From assembly GCA_963726955.1 (NCBI GenBank), contig CAVSEC010000007.1, positions 403,929-467,928 of the forward strand: a stretch of DNA of 64,000 nucleotides, given 5' to 3'. Below are positions 29,074 to 37,457 of this stretch, in pieces (position 1 is the first letter of the stretch; each line of letters starts with the position of its first letter). Source of the stretch: an uncultured Gemmatimonadales bacterium (GTDB lineage Bacteria; Gemmatimonadota; Gemmatimonadetes; Gemmatimonadales; GWC2-71-9). A model generated the notes under the pieces. The model was not told where the DNA came from. It made no database searches and saw only the letters and a program-made list of their open reading frames with translations. The position numbers were made by a program, and so were the translations under genes.

Positions 29074-30843
29074 GTGCCGATGACCGCCCCGACCGCTAAC
29101 GCCGCGCGCGAGATGCCCCCGGCGGCAGCCGTCAGCGATCCGCTCTCGGCGCCACGCCTTCTGGAGAGTCTCGGGCGACTCACGGCCGTCCTGTTCCTCG
29201 CCGATCGGCACCAGCGGATCGTCGCTGTCAGCGCCGCCGCCGAGGAGGCGGTGCACCGGCTCGGCTTCGCCGCCGGTACCCTGCAGGGCATGGACCTCGC
29301 CGCCGTGCACGGCAATCCGCCCGGTTTCCGGGAGTCGGTCACCGGTGCGACAACTCTCCCGTTCGAGCACAAGATCAGGACCGAGCAAGCGATCTACAAG
29401 TGCATCATCGCGCCCGTGCCGGACGCGAGCGGTTCCCTGTCCGGGTATGCGGTCGCGTGGGAAGACCAGACCAAGCGGCAACGGATTGAAGTGGAGCTCG
29501 GGCGGGTACTGTCGATGATCGAGAGCTGCCCCACGAACATGATCTGCAGCGACCCCGATCTCACGATGCAGTACGTGAATCCCGCGGGCCGCCGATCACT
29601 GGAGGCACTCGCGCGGGTCCTGCCGGTGCGGCCTGATGAGCTCACCGGAAAGCCGATGACGATCTTCTTCGAGCGATCGAAGGAGCTCGAGCGCCGTCTG
29701 CTCGATCCGGCGAATCTGCCCTACCGGACGCGGGTCGTGTTCGGGGCCGAGACGATCGATTTCCTGGTCTCCGCCACCGTGGATCACCAGCAGCGGTACA
29801 TCGGGCCGATGCTGACCTGGGATGTTGTCACCCCGCAGCTGGCCGCCGAGCGGACCATCGCCGAGGCACGCGATCGGGAGCAGCGCGAGGCGGGAGAGCT
29901 TCGGGTGAAGGTCGACAGTATCCTGGCGTCGGTGCACGCCGCTACCACTGGGGATCTCACGCGCGAGGTGACGGTCCGCGGCCAGGACGCGATCGGCCAG
30001 CTGGGGACCCAACTGGCCACGTTCTTCACCGACCTGCGTGGCAGCATCGGGGAGATTGCCGGCCATGCCGACACCCTCGCCGCGGCGACGCAGGAGCTCT
30101 CCGCCGTCAACAAGGCGGTGAGCGGCGGGGCGGCGGATACCAGTGCCCAGGCCCAGGTGGTTGCGACCGCCTCCGGGGAGGTGACCCGCAACGTGCAGAC
30201 AGTGGCGGCCGGGGCCGAGGAGATGGGCGCCAGTATCCGCGAAATCGCCAAGAATGCCGCCGATGCGGCCAAGGTCGCGAGGGAGGCTGTGTCCCTCGCC
30301 AATCATACCAACGGCATGATGACCAAACTGGGCGAGTCGAGCCAGGAGATTGGCAAGGTGCTCAAGCTCATCACGTCGGTGGCACAGCAGACCAACCTGC
30401 TTGCGCTGAACGCGACGATCGAGGCGGCTCGCGCGGGCGAGGCGGGGAAGGGATTCGCCGTCGTGGCCAAGGAGGTCAAGGACCTCGCCAAGGAGACGGC
30501 CCGCGCCACCGAGGAAATCGGCCAGCGGATCGACGCCATCCAGAATGACACCACGGGTGCCGTCGGGGCCATCCGCGAGATCGGCTCGATCATCACCCGG
30601 ATCAACGATATCCAGACGGTCATTGCGGGGGCGGTGGAGGAGCAGACCGCCACCACCAACGAGATGGGCCGGAATATCAGCGACGCCGCGCGCGGCTCCA
30701 GCGAAATCAGCGATACGATCGCCGGGGTGGCGCAGGCGGCGCAATCCACCAGCGACAGCACTGGCAACAGCCAGAAGGCCACTCAGGAGCTTGCCACGAT
30801 GGCTGCGGATCTCCGCCGCCTCGTGGGACGCTTCAGGCTGTAG
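29074..30843 (+). CDS. soluble methyl-accepting chemotaxis protein, PAS-PAS-HAMP-like-MA
   Basis: There is no TM segment. PAS 1 reads [19 protein letters not shown]...[13 protein letters not shown] 2 reads [30 protein letters not shown]...[33 protein letters not shown] follows. The core is [38 protein letters not shown]. Confidence 0.9.
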   Translation: MPMTAPTANAAREMPPAAAVSDPLSAPRLLESLGRLTAVLFLADRHQRIVAVSAAAEEAVHRLGFAAGTLQGMDLAAVHGNPPGFRESVTGATTLPFEHKIRTEQAIYKCIIAPVPDASGSLSGYAVAWEDQTKRQRIEVELGRVLSMIESCPTNMICSDPDLTMQYVNPAGRRSLEALARVLPVRPDELTGKPMTIFFERSKELERRLLDPANLPYRTRVVFGAETIDFLVSATVDHQQRYIGPMLTWDVVTPQLAAERTIAEARDREQREAGELRVKVDSILASVHAATTGDLTREVTVRGQDAIGQLGTQLATFFTDLRGSIGEIAGHADTLAAATQELSAVNKAVSGGAADTSAQAQVVATASGEVTRNVQTVAAGAEEMGASIREIAKNAADAAKVAREAVSLANHTNGMMTKLGESSQEIGKVLKLITSVAQQTNLLALNATIEAARAGEAGKGFAVVAKEVKDLAKETARATEEIGQRIDAIQNDTTGAVGAIREIGSIITRINDIQTVIAGAVEEQTATTNEMGRNISDAARGSSEISDTIAGVAQAAQSTSDSTGNSQKATQELATMAADLRRLVGRFRL

Positions 30844-30851
30844 AGGCTCCC

Positions 30852-32759
30852 ATGATCCATGCGCAGGGCGCCGGTGCCGCGCTGGCCGTGGCGGATCTCC
30901 CTGGTGGCGATCAGCGCGCCGGCCGCGAGGGGGAGACGATCCTGCGCGTCATCGAGGCGGTGAGCAAGGCCGCGACGGTGAAGGGCGCCATCGCCGCCAC
31001 GCTCCAGGTAATGCGGGAGCGGGAGGGCTGGATCTACGCCGCCTTTCTGCGCCGGGATGCCGTTGATGGCCTGCTCAAGTGCGCGCTCGATTCCGGCATT
31101 GTGGCGGACGAATTCCGGGAGAAGACCCGTGCGGCCAGGTTCAGCGAAGGCGAGGCGCTCTCCGGGCGCGCCTGGCGCGCCGGCGACCTGGTCTTCGTGG
31201 AGGACTTCGGCGCGGTGCCGGAGTTCGCCCGTGCACCCGTCGCCCGGCTGGCGGGCGTCCGGGCTGCGGCATGTGTGCCGATGTTCGTCAACGGAGAGAT
31301 CGTGGGGACGCTGGAGTTCTACGCCAGTACTGTCCGCGCCATGCCGCCGGAAGAGGCGGACACCCTGCGCAAGGTGGCCCATCTCGTGGCGGGCGGGATC
31401 GCACGGGTGGAGCTGTCGCGCTTCGCATCGATGATCCGGAACTCGCCGGTGCACACCTTGTCCGCCGACAAGGAGCTGGTGATCCAGTACATCAATCCCT
31501 CCGCGCACGCCTGCCTGGTGCAGCTCGAGGAGTACCTCACGGTCTCGCCCGATCAGTTGCTGGGTCAATCCGCCGATGTGCTGCACGCCGATCTCCGCGC
31601 GATGCGCGAGACCATGATGGATCCGAAGCGGCTGCCGCAGTCGCTGCAGCTGATGCTGGGGCCGGAGACGCTCGACGTGCAGGTGCACCCCACTTTTGAC
31701 GCCAGCGACCAGTTCCTGGGGCCGATGATCACCTGGACGGTGATCACCCCGAGGCTCGAGGCCGAACGCGCGGTGCAGGAGTCGGTCGAGCGGGAACGGC
31801 GGCAGGCCGCCGACCTGCAGGCCAAGGTCGACCAGATCCTCACGGTGGTCCGGGAGGCGGCACACGGGGATCTGACTCGACCCGTCACGGTCCGGGGGAC
31901 CGATGCGATCGGTCAGCTGGGCGAAGGGCTCGCCGAGCTGCTCGCGGGCTTCCGGGGCGAGGTATCGCGCATCGGGGAGCATGCCGGCACCGTCGCATCC
32001 GCCACCGAGGAACTGTCCGCGGTGAATCGCAGCCTCACCGCGGCAGCGGACCAGACGCTGGCGGAGGTCGCGATCGTTTCCGATCTCGCCGGCGGGGTCT
32101 CGCGCAATGTGCAGGCGGTGGCGCTGGGCACCGAGGAGATGGGCGATTCCATCCGGGAGATCGCCCGCAACGCGCTGAGCGCCGCCCAGGTCGCCGGGCG
32201 GGCGGTGCAGGTTGCGGAGCGGGCGGACGGCACCGTCGCCAAGCTGGGGCAGTCGAGCCTCGAGATCGGCAAAGTGATCAAGGTGATCACCTCGATCGCG
32301 CAGCAGACCAATCTGCTGGCGCTCAACGCCACCATCGAGGCCGCCCGAGCCGGCCAGGCGGGGAAGGGGTTCGCGGTGGTCGCCAACGAGGTCAAGGAGC
32401 TGGCCAAGGAGACCGCACGGGCCACCGAGGAGATCGGCCGGAAGATCGAGGCGATCCAGACCGACACCGGGCAGGCGGTGAACGCGATCCGCGAGATCGG
32501 CGAGATCATTGCCGAGATCAACGGGATCCAGACCTCGATCGCGGGCGCGGTCGAGGAACAGACCCTGACGACCAATGAAATGGGGCGGAGCGCCGGAGAG
32601 GCGGCCCGGGGTTCGGGCGCGATCGCCACGGGAATGACGACCCTCGCCCAGGCCGCGACGGGTACCCGACAAGGCGTAGGCGACAGCCAGCGTGCCACCG
32701 ACGATCTGGCCCGGCTTGCGGAACAGCTTCATGCCCTGGTGGGCAAGTTCAAGTGTTAG
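30852..32759 (+). CDS. soluble methyl-accepting chemotaxis protein, GAF-PAS-HAMP-like-MA
   Basis: The GAF-like region reads ...[12 protein letters not shown]...[20 protein letters not shown]...[18 protein letters not shown]. The PAS module reads [23 protein letters not shown]...[33 protein letters not shown] follows. The core is [38 protein letters not shown]. Confidence 0.9.
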   Translation: MIHAQGAGAALAVADLPGGDQRAGREGETILRVIEAVSKAATVKGAIAATLQVMREREGWIYAAFLRRDAVDGLLKCALDSGIVADEFREKTRAARFSEGEALSGRAWRAGDLVFVEDFGAVPEFARAPVARLAGVRAAACVPMFVNGEIVGTLEFYASTVRAMPPEEADTLRKVAHLVAGGIARVELSRFASMIRNSPVHTLSADKELVIQYINPSAHACLVQLEEYLTVSPDQLLGQSADVLHADLRAMRETMMDPKRLPQSLQLMLGPETLDVQVHPTFDASDQFLGPMITWTVITPRLEAERAVQESVERERRQAADLQAKVDQILTVVREAAHGDLTRPVTVRGTDAIGQLGEGLAELLAGFRGEVSRIGEHAGTVASATEELSAVNRSLTAAADQTLAEVAIVSDLAGGVSRNVQAVALGTEEMGDSIREIARNALSAAQVAGRAVQVAERADGTVAKLGQSSLEIGKVIKVITSIAQQTNLLALNATIEAARAGQAGKGFAVVANEVKELAKETARATEEIGRKIEAIQTDTGQAVNAIREIGEIIAEINGIQTSIAGAVEEQTLTTNEMGRSAGEAARGSGAIATGMTTLAQAATGTRQGVGDSQRATDDLARLAEQLHALVGKFKC

Positions 32760-32784
32760 GGATGCGACACGGGAATGAACACAA

Positions 32785-34497
32785 ATGACGACGAAAACCA
32801 GCGCTTCGCGTAATGCTTCCTTCGACCGGCTCGGCGGCTTCGACGGCCTCGAGCAGGCCGTGCAACGGCTGTTCACCCGCCTGGCCGCGGATCCTGCACT
32901 GCAGTCGCTGCTGCCTGCCAGCGGGATCGAGGACGTCCGCTGGCAGGTGCAGATGCTGCTGACCGACCGGCTCGGCGGTCCCATGGCGTACGACGGCCCC
33001 GACCCCGCCACCGTCCGGTCGCAGGCCGGGATCACCCCGGAACAGGTCGGTCGGATCGGGGAGCATCTCGTCGCCGCCTTCGGGGACCTGAGCGCACCGC
33101 CACTCGCCGTGGAGGAGCTGCGCGCGGTGCTCGCCGAGTTCACGCGATCCCTCGGTATCGCCGTTGCGCCACCGGCGGCGGCCGGTCCCACGGTGGAGGA
33201 GATCCGGGCGACGCTCATCGCCCAGGCCGTGGCCGACGTTGCGCGGGCGGGGGTCGCGGATCGCCCGCTGTTCGTGCTCGATCCCGAGCTGACGCTGATC
33301 CACCTGAACGCCGAGGCCGTGCGCGGGCTCGCGGCAGTCGACACCGAGCTGCGCCGCGCCTTCCGACTCGGGGCCACGGACCTGCCCGGTCAGTCGGTGC
33401 TCCGCTTTCACCCGGCGCCGTCCCAACTGCAGGGACTGCTGCAGGACACCTCGCGTCTCCCCAAGGAGGCGACCTGGTGCTTCGGCCGGGCCGTCTGGAA
33501 GGCGCGGCTGAGCGCGGTGCGGGACGGCGCGGGGCAGCTGCTGGGCTATGCGATCGCCTGGCGCGACGAGACCGAGAGCCATCGGGCCGAGGCGGTGTTC
33601 CAGCGGCTGCGGTCGCAGGCGGAAGACCTCCCGGTGCCGATCATGTATCCGGACGCGGCCATCGAGCGCTGGTTCGGCAACGCCGCGTGCGAGCATGCGC
33701 TCCAGCGTCTCGCGTCCTACCTGCCCTATCCGGTCAACCCCCTGGAAGGGGTGCCGGTGGAGCTCTTTCTGCCTGACGAGGGCGAGCGACGCGCGCTGTT
33801 CCGCGATCCGGACCGGCTGCCGTACAAGACGCAAATCCGGATGGGCCCGGAGACGATCGCGATCCTGGTGTCGCCGATTCTGGATCAGGATCAGCACTAC
33901 CTTGGCCCGCAGATCACCTGGGAAATCGTCCACTTCACCCGGCCCGAGGACCGCGCGCCGACTGCCCCGAGGGCGACTCGGCCGGTCTCGGCTCCGCCAC
34001 CGGCGGTACCCAGAGTCGCGGCTGCTCCGGCCACGGTCGCTGCTCCGGCTGTCGACACGGCTCCGGCGACCCGGCCGGATCTGGTGCTGCGAAGCGAAGC
34101 CCGTGCGCTCGAGGCCGCCGCCGCGGACCTGCAGACGCTGGTACGTCTGCTCGACCTGGTCGCTGATCAGACGGAAGGGCGCGGGATGCCCCCCGACGAC
34201 GCCGCCGTCGAGTCGGCCGAAACGGGCGCCGCGGGTCAGGCGGAAGCGGCCATCGTCTCGGCACTGGCGACGGTGCGTCGCGCGGCCAACGAGGCGACCG
34301 GTGCCCTGATGCAGGACACCCAGGGTTTCACCGCACAGCTGCAGCAGCGGGTCCGCGAAACCATGCAGCGCACCCAGGTGTCGGCGGATGGGCTGGGAAA
34401 GATTCTGATCGCCGCCACGGCGCTGACCGAGCTGCGCGCGACATTCGGCGAGCCCGCCTCACCAGGGTCGATGGCGGAGGAAGCGGGCACCGGATGA
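32785..34497 (+). CDS. truncated-haemoglobin-like domain + PAS + PAS protein without an MCP signalling domain
   Basis: The N-terminus SFDRLGGFDGLEQAVQRLFTRLAADPALQSLL...LGGPMAYDGP...AGITPEQVGRIGEHLVAAF resembles group I truncated globins. Two PAS modules of the same type as the flanking MCPs follow (...GYAIAWRDET and ...LGPQITWEIV). An Ala/Pro linker and a helical C-terminus follow, without the [14 protein letters not shown] core. The stop overlaps the cheB start as ATGA at 34494-34497. Confidence 0.7.
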   Translation: MTTKTSASRNASFDRLGGFDGLEQAVQRLFTRLAADPALQSLLPASGIEDVRWQVQMLLTDRLGGPMAYDGPDPATVRSQAGITPEQVGRIGEHLVAAFGDLSAPPLAVEELRAVLAEFTRSLGIAVAPPAAAGPTVEEIRATLIAQAVADVARAGVADRPLFVLDPELTLIHLNAEAVRGLAAVDTELRRAFRLGATDLPGQSVLRFHPAPSQLQGLLQDTSRLPKEATWCFGRAVWKARLSAVRDGAGQLLGYAIAWRDETESHRAEAVFQRLRSQAEDLPVPIMYPDAAIERWFGNAACEHALQRLASYLPYPVNPLEGVPVELFLPDEGERRALFRDPDRLPYKTQIRMGPETIAILVSPILDQDQHYLGPQITWEIVHFTRPEDRAPTAPRATRPVSAPPPAVPRVAAAPATVAAPAVDTAPATRPDLVLRSEARALEAAAADLQTLVRLLDLVADQTEGRGMPPDDAAVESAETGAAGQAEAAIVSALATVRRAANEATGALMQDTQGFTAQLQQRVRETMQRTQVSADGLGKILIAATALTELRATFGEPASPGSMAEEAGTG

Positions 34498-35576
34498 GTG
34501 CCCGTATCCGGGTCCTCATTGTCGATGATGCGGTGATCGTCCGGCGCCTCGTCGCGCAGGCGCTGGGCAGGGATCCGGAACTCGAGGTGGTGGGGACGGC
34601 GTCCGATGGTGATGTCGCGATCGAACAGCTGAGCAGACAGCCAGTGGATATCGTGACCCTCGACGTGGATATGCCGCACATGAACGGCATGGCGACGCTG
34701 CGGGAGATCCGCGCCCGCTGGCCCCGGCTCCCGGTGATCATCTTCTCCGGCATGATCGAGCCCGGACCCGCCGAGCTGGAGGCGCTCTCTCTGGGCGCGA
34801 ACGACGTCCTGCAGAAGCTCCCGCATGAAGGCAACATGCTGAATGCGATCGAGTGGGTCGTTGAGCGCCTTGCGCCACGGCTCAAGCAGGTCGTGCGCAG
34901 CTGTCAGGGGCGGCCGCGCGAGGCTGGCAAGACCGGCGCGCCGCGCGTGATGACGCTGCGTCCCGTCGCGCCGGGCAGCCGGCCCAGGGTGCTCCTGATT
35001 GGGAGCTCGACCGGCGGGCCGAACGCGCTGGAACAGGTCCTCTCCCGTCTGCCGGCGGACTACCCATTGCCGATTGTGGTGGTGCAGCACATGCCGGTCG
35101 GATTCACCCGGCTGATGGCCGAGCGCCTCGCGGCGCTCACGCCCTTCATGGCGTCGGAGGCGGAGTCGGGGAGTGCGATGGAGCCGGGGAAGGTCTGGAT
35201 CGCTCCGGGAGACCTGCATCTCGTCATCCGGCGGGTCGGCGCAGAGATCACCCTTCAGACCAACCGTGATGCACCCGAGAATTCCTGCAGGCCCTCGGTG
35301 GACGTGCTCTTCCTGTCGGCCGTGAAGGTCTACGGGGCAGATGTGCTCGCGGTAGTCCTGACCGGGATGGGCTACGACGGACTCAAGGGGGCGGAGGGGA
35401 TCGTCGGGGCGGGCGGGCAGGTGCTGGTGCAGGATGAAGCGACGAGCGTGGTCTGGGGCATGCCAGGCGCCGTGGCGAAGGCGGGCCTGGCGAGTGGCAT
35501 CCTGCCGCTGGGCGGACTCGCCGATGCGATAATGCAGCGTACGCGCGGTGGCCTGGTCGTGGCCGCACCGTCCTGA
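34494..35576 (+). CDS. cheB: chemotaxis methylesterase CheB (REC + esterase)
   Basis: The REC domain reads RVLIVDDAVIVRRL...DIVTLDVDMPHMNG. The esterase domain carries LLIGSSTGGPNALEQVL, IVVVQHMPVGFTRLMAERL, PENSCRPSVDVLFLS, GMGYDGLKG and VLVQDEATSVVWGMPGAV. Confidence 0.9.
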   Translation: MSARIRVLIVDDAVIVRRLVAQALGRDPELEVVGTASDGDVAIEQLSRQPVDIVTLDVDMPHMNGMATLREIRARWPRLPVIIFSGMIEPGPAELEALSLGANDVLQKLPHEGNMLNAIEWVVERLAPRLKQVVRSCQGRPREAGKTGAPRVMTLRPVAPGSRPRVLLIGSSTGGPNALEQVLSRLPADYPLPIVVVQHMPVGFTRLMAERLAALTPFMASEAESGSAMEPGKVWIAPGDLHLVIRRVGAEITLQTNRDAPENSCRPSVDVLFLSAVKVYGADVLAVVLTGMGYDGLKGAEGIVGAGGQVLVQDEATSVVWGMPGAVAKAGLASGILPLGGLADAIMQRTRGGLVVAAPS

Positions 35577-35592
35577 ACCGGGAGACCGGGCG

Positions 35593-36417
35593 ATGGCCCT
35601 GAGTCCCACAGATTTCCAGTATGTGAGCACCCTGGTGCGCCAGAAATCGGCGATCGTGCTGGAAATTGAGAAGAGTTACCTCCTCGAGGCGCGGCTGACC
35701 CCGCTCGCCCGGGCGGAAGGCTTCGCGTCGCTGGATGCGATGGTGGCGCTGATGCGCGCCCAGCCGCTGAACGGACTGCATCGGAAGGTCGTCGAGGCGA
35801 TGACGACCAACGAGACCAGCTTCTACCGTGACCTGCATCCGTTCGAGGCCCTGAAGGCGGTCGTGATCCCCGAGGTGATGAAGCGCCACGCGACGGACCG
35901 CCGGCTGAACATCTGGTGCGCCGCCTGCTCGAGCGGTCAGGAGCCGTACACCGTGGCGATGACGCTGATGGAGCACTTTCCGCAGCTCGCCTCCTGGACT
36001 GTCCGGATCACGGCGACCGACCTCTCCAGCGAGATGGTCGCCAAGTCCCGGGCGGGGAAGTACGGCCAGATCGAGGTCAACCGCGGCCTGCCGGCGAGTC
36101 TCCTGCTCAAGTATTTCGAGAAGAAGGGGATGGAGTGGCTGGTAAAGCCCGAGGTGAAGCGGTGGTGCGAGTTCCGCGAGCTGAATCTGATCGAGTCCTG
36201 GGGGCCGCTGCCACCGATGGACGTGGTCTTTCTGCGCAACGTCCTGATCTACTTCGACGTGGACACCAAGCGGGCCATCCTCGGCAATGTCAAGAAAGTG
36301 CTGCAGCCCTGGGGCTATCTCTTCCTCGGCGGCGCCGAGACGACGATCAACCTGGGTGATGTGTTCGAGCGCGTGCAGTTCGACAGGGCCGGCTGTTACC
36401 GGCTCAAAGGAAGTTAG
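35593..36417 (+). CDS. cheR: chemotaxis methyltransferase CheR
   Basis: EAMTTNETSFYRDLHPFEAL, LNIWCAACSSGQEPYTVAM, ATDLSSEMVAKSRAGKY and VVFLRNVLIYFD are present. Confidence 0.9.
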   Translation: MALSPTDFQYVSTLVRQKSAIVLEIEKSYLLEARLTPLARAEGFASLDAMVALMRAQPLNGLHRKVVEAMTTNETSFYRDLHPFEALKAVVIPEVMKRHATDRRLNIWCAACSSGQEPYTVAMTLMEHFPQLASWTVRITATDLSSEMVAKSRAGKYGQIEVNRGLPASLLLKYFEKKGMEWLVKPEVKRWCEFRELNLIESWGPLPPMDVVFLRNVLIYFDVDTKRAILGNVKKVLQPWGYLFLGGAETTINLGDVFERVQFDRAGCYRLKGS

Positions 36418-36426
36418 GGGGACAGA

Positions 36427-36882
36427 ATGCAGTTTCTCGAGGAAGAGATTCGTCAGGTGACGGAGGTGGTGTGGGAGTCGGTGCTTGGCGTGAGCCTCGT
36501 CCGGCAGCCCAACGTGCCGCCGGCGCCGGCCCGAGTGGTCTCCGGGTGTGTCCAGTTCACCGGTGCCTGGGAGGGGGCCGTGACGATTGAATGCTCGGCG
36601 GACTTCGCCCGCCAGGCCGCGGCCACCATGTTCGGCGTCGATGTCGGCTCGGCCTCCGTGTCTGACACCCAGGACGCCATCGGCGAGCTGGCCAACATGA
36701 CAGGCGGCAACGTGAAGGCGCTGCTCCCTGAGCCGTGCCGGCTCTCGCTGCCCACGGTCGTGGAAGGCGCCGACTACACCACCCGGTTGCTCGGAGGAGA
36801 ACTCCTCACGACGGTCGCCTTCGAGTGCCAGGGATCACCGCTGGTGGTGCGGCTGCTCAAGAAGGCTGTCAGCACGAACTAG
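36427..36882 (+). CDS. cheX: CheX-like chemotaxis phosphatase (CheC/CheX family)
   Basis: The 151-aa ORF follows a GGGGGA ribosome-binding site. ...VVSGCVQFTGAWEGAVTIECSADFARQAAATMFG...DAIGELANMTGGNVKALL... is the CheX pattern from memory. Confidence 0.7.
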   Translation: MQFLEEEIRQVTEVVWESVLGVSLVRQPNVPPAPARVVSGCVQFTGAWEGAVTIECSADFARQAAATMFGVDVGSASVSDTQDAIGELANMTGGNVKALLPEPCRLSLPTVVEGADYTTRLLGGELLTTVAFECQGSPLVVRLLKKAVSTN

Positions 36883-36891
36883 GAGGGACGC

Positions 36892-37278
36892 ATGCAGGAC
36901 GTGCCATTTCCCCACCGGCGGGAATTCAGCCGGGTGCAGGTCCACCTCAACGCCGAGGTGACCGCCAACGGGGTCCGCCATGAAGGCGGTGCCATGGAAA
37001 ACCTCAGCCTCAAGGGCGGCTTTCTGCGCATCGCCAACGGACCGCCGGAGGGCGCCCTCTGTGACATCCGCCTGCACCTGGATGGCACCGAGGTCGTGGT
37101 GCACGCGCAGGGAACCGTGGTCCGGATGGGGCCGGCAGGTTCCGCCATCCAGTTCACCGAGATCGTCGGGCTGGACAGCCTCGAACATCTGCGGAACCTG
37201 ATCCTGTTCAACGCCCACGACCCTCACCAGGTGGAGCAGGAATTTCACGACCATCTGGGTCTCAAGCGCGACGACTGA
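36892..37278 (+). CDS. stand-alone PilZ domain protein (c-di-GMP receptor type)
   Basis: AGGAGGG lies 5 nt upstream of the ATG. The RxxxR motif is in [10 protein letters not shown] and the (D/N)xSxxG motif is in [10 protein letters not shown]. The ORF is 128 aa. Confidence 0.8.
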   Translation: MQDVPFPHRREFSRVQVHLNAEVTANGVRHEGGAMENLSLKGGFLRIANGPPEGALCDIRLHLDGTEVVVHAQGTVVRMGPAGSAIQFTEIVGLDSLEHLRNLILFNAHDPHQVEQEFHDHLGLKRDD

Positions 37279-37361
37279 CCGGTCCGGCGCCGGTGGCTGG
37301 TGGATCACAGCCGCCGGTGATCCTCCGCCGCGTGCCCTGCTCCCCCGCCCGATGCCCTCGA

Positions 37362-37389
37362 TCAAGCCAACCGCCACCCCTGCCGATAC
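37362..37389 (+). promoter_or_regulatory. sigma-28 type promoter upstream of the fifth MCP gene
   Basis: TCAA(37362-65)-N16-GCCGATAC(37382-89). It lies 69 nt upstream of the ATG at 37458. Confidence 0.5.
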
Positions 37390-37457
37390 CTGAGGGGTGG
37401 CCCCGCGGGGAATTGCTTCCCGAACGGCAACCGACTTCCGTCCTCGAGAGACTGTCC

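Noticed and set aside
29066-29085. GCCGATGA, resembling a sigma-28 -10 box in front of MCP3.
   Set aside because: It overlaps the GTG and ATG start codons of the gene itself, which leaves no room for a leader. No TAAA or TCAA lies at the correct spacing.
28857-29099. An 80-aa ORF in the 197-bp cheW-MCP3 gap.
   Set aside because: It overlaps both neighbouring genes and has no ribosome-binding site. Its composition is Ala/Arg-rich and typical of off-frame high-GC sequence.
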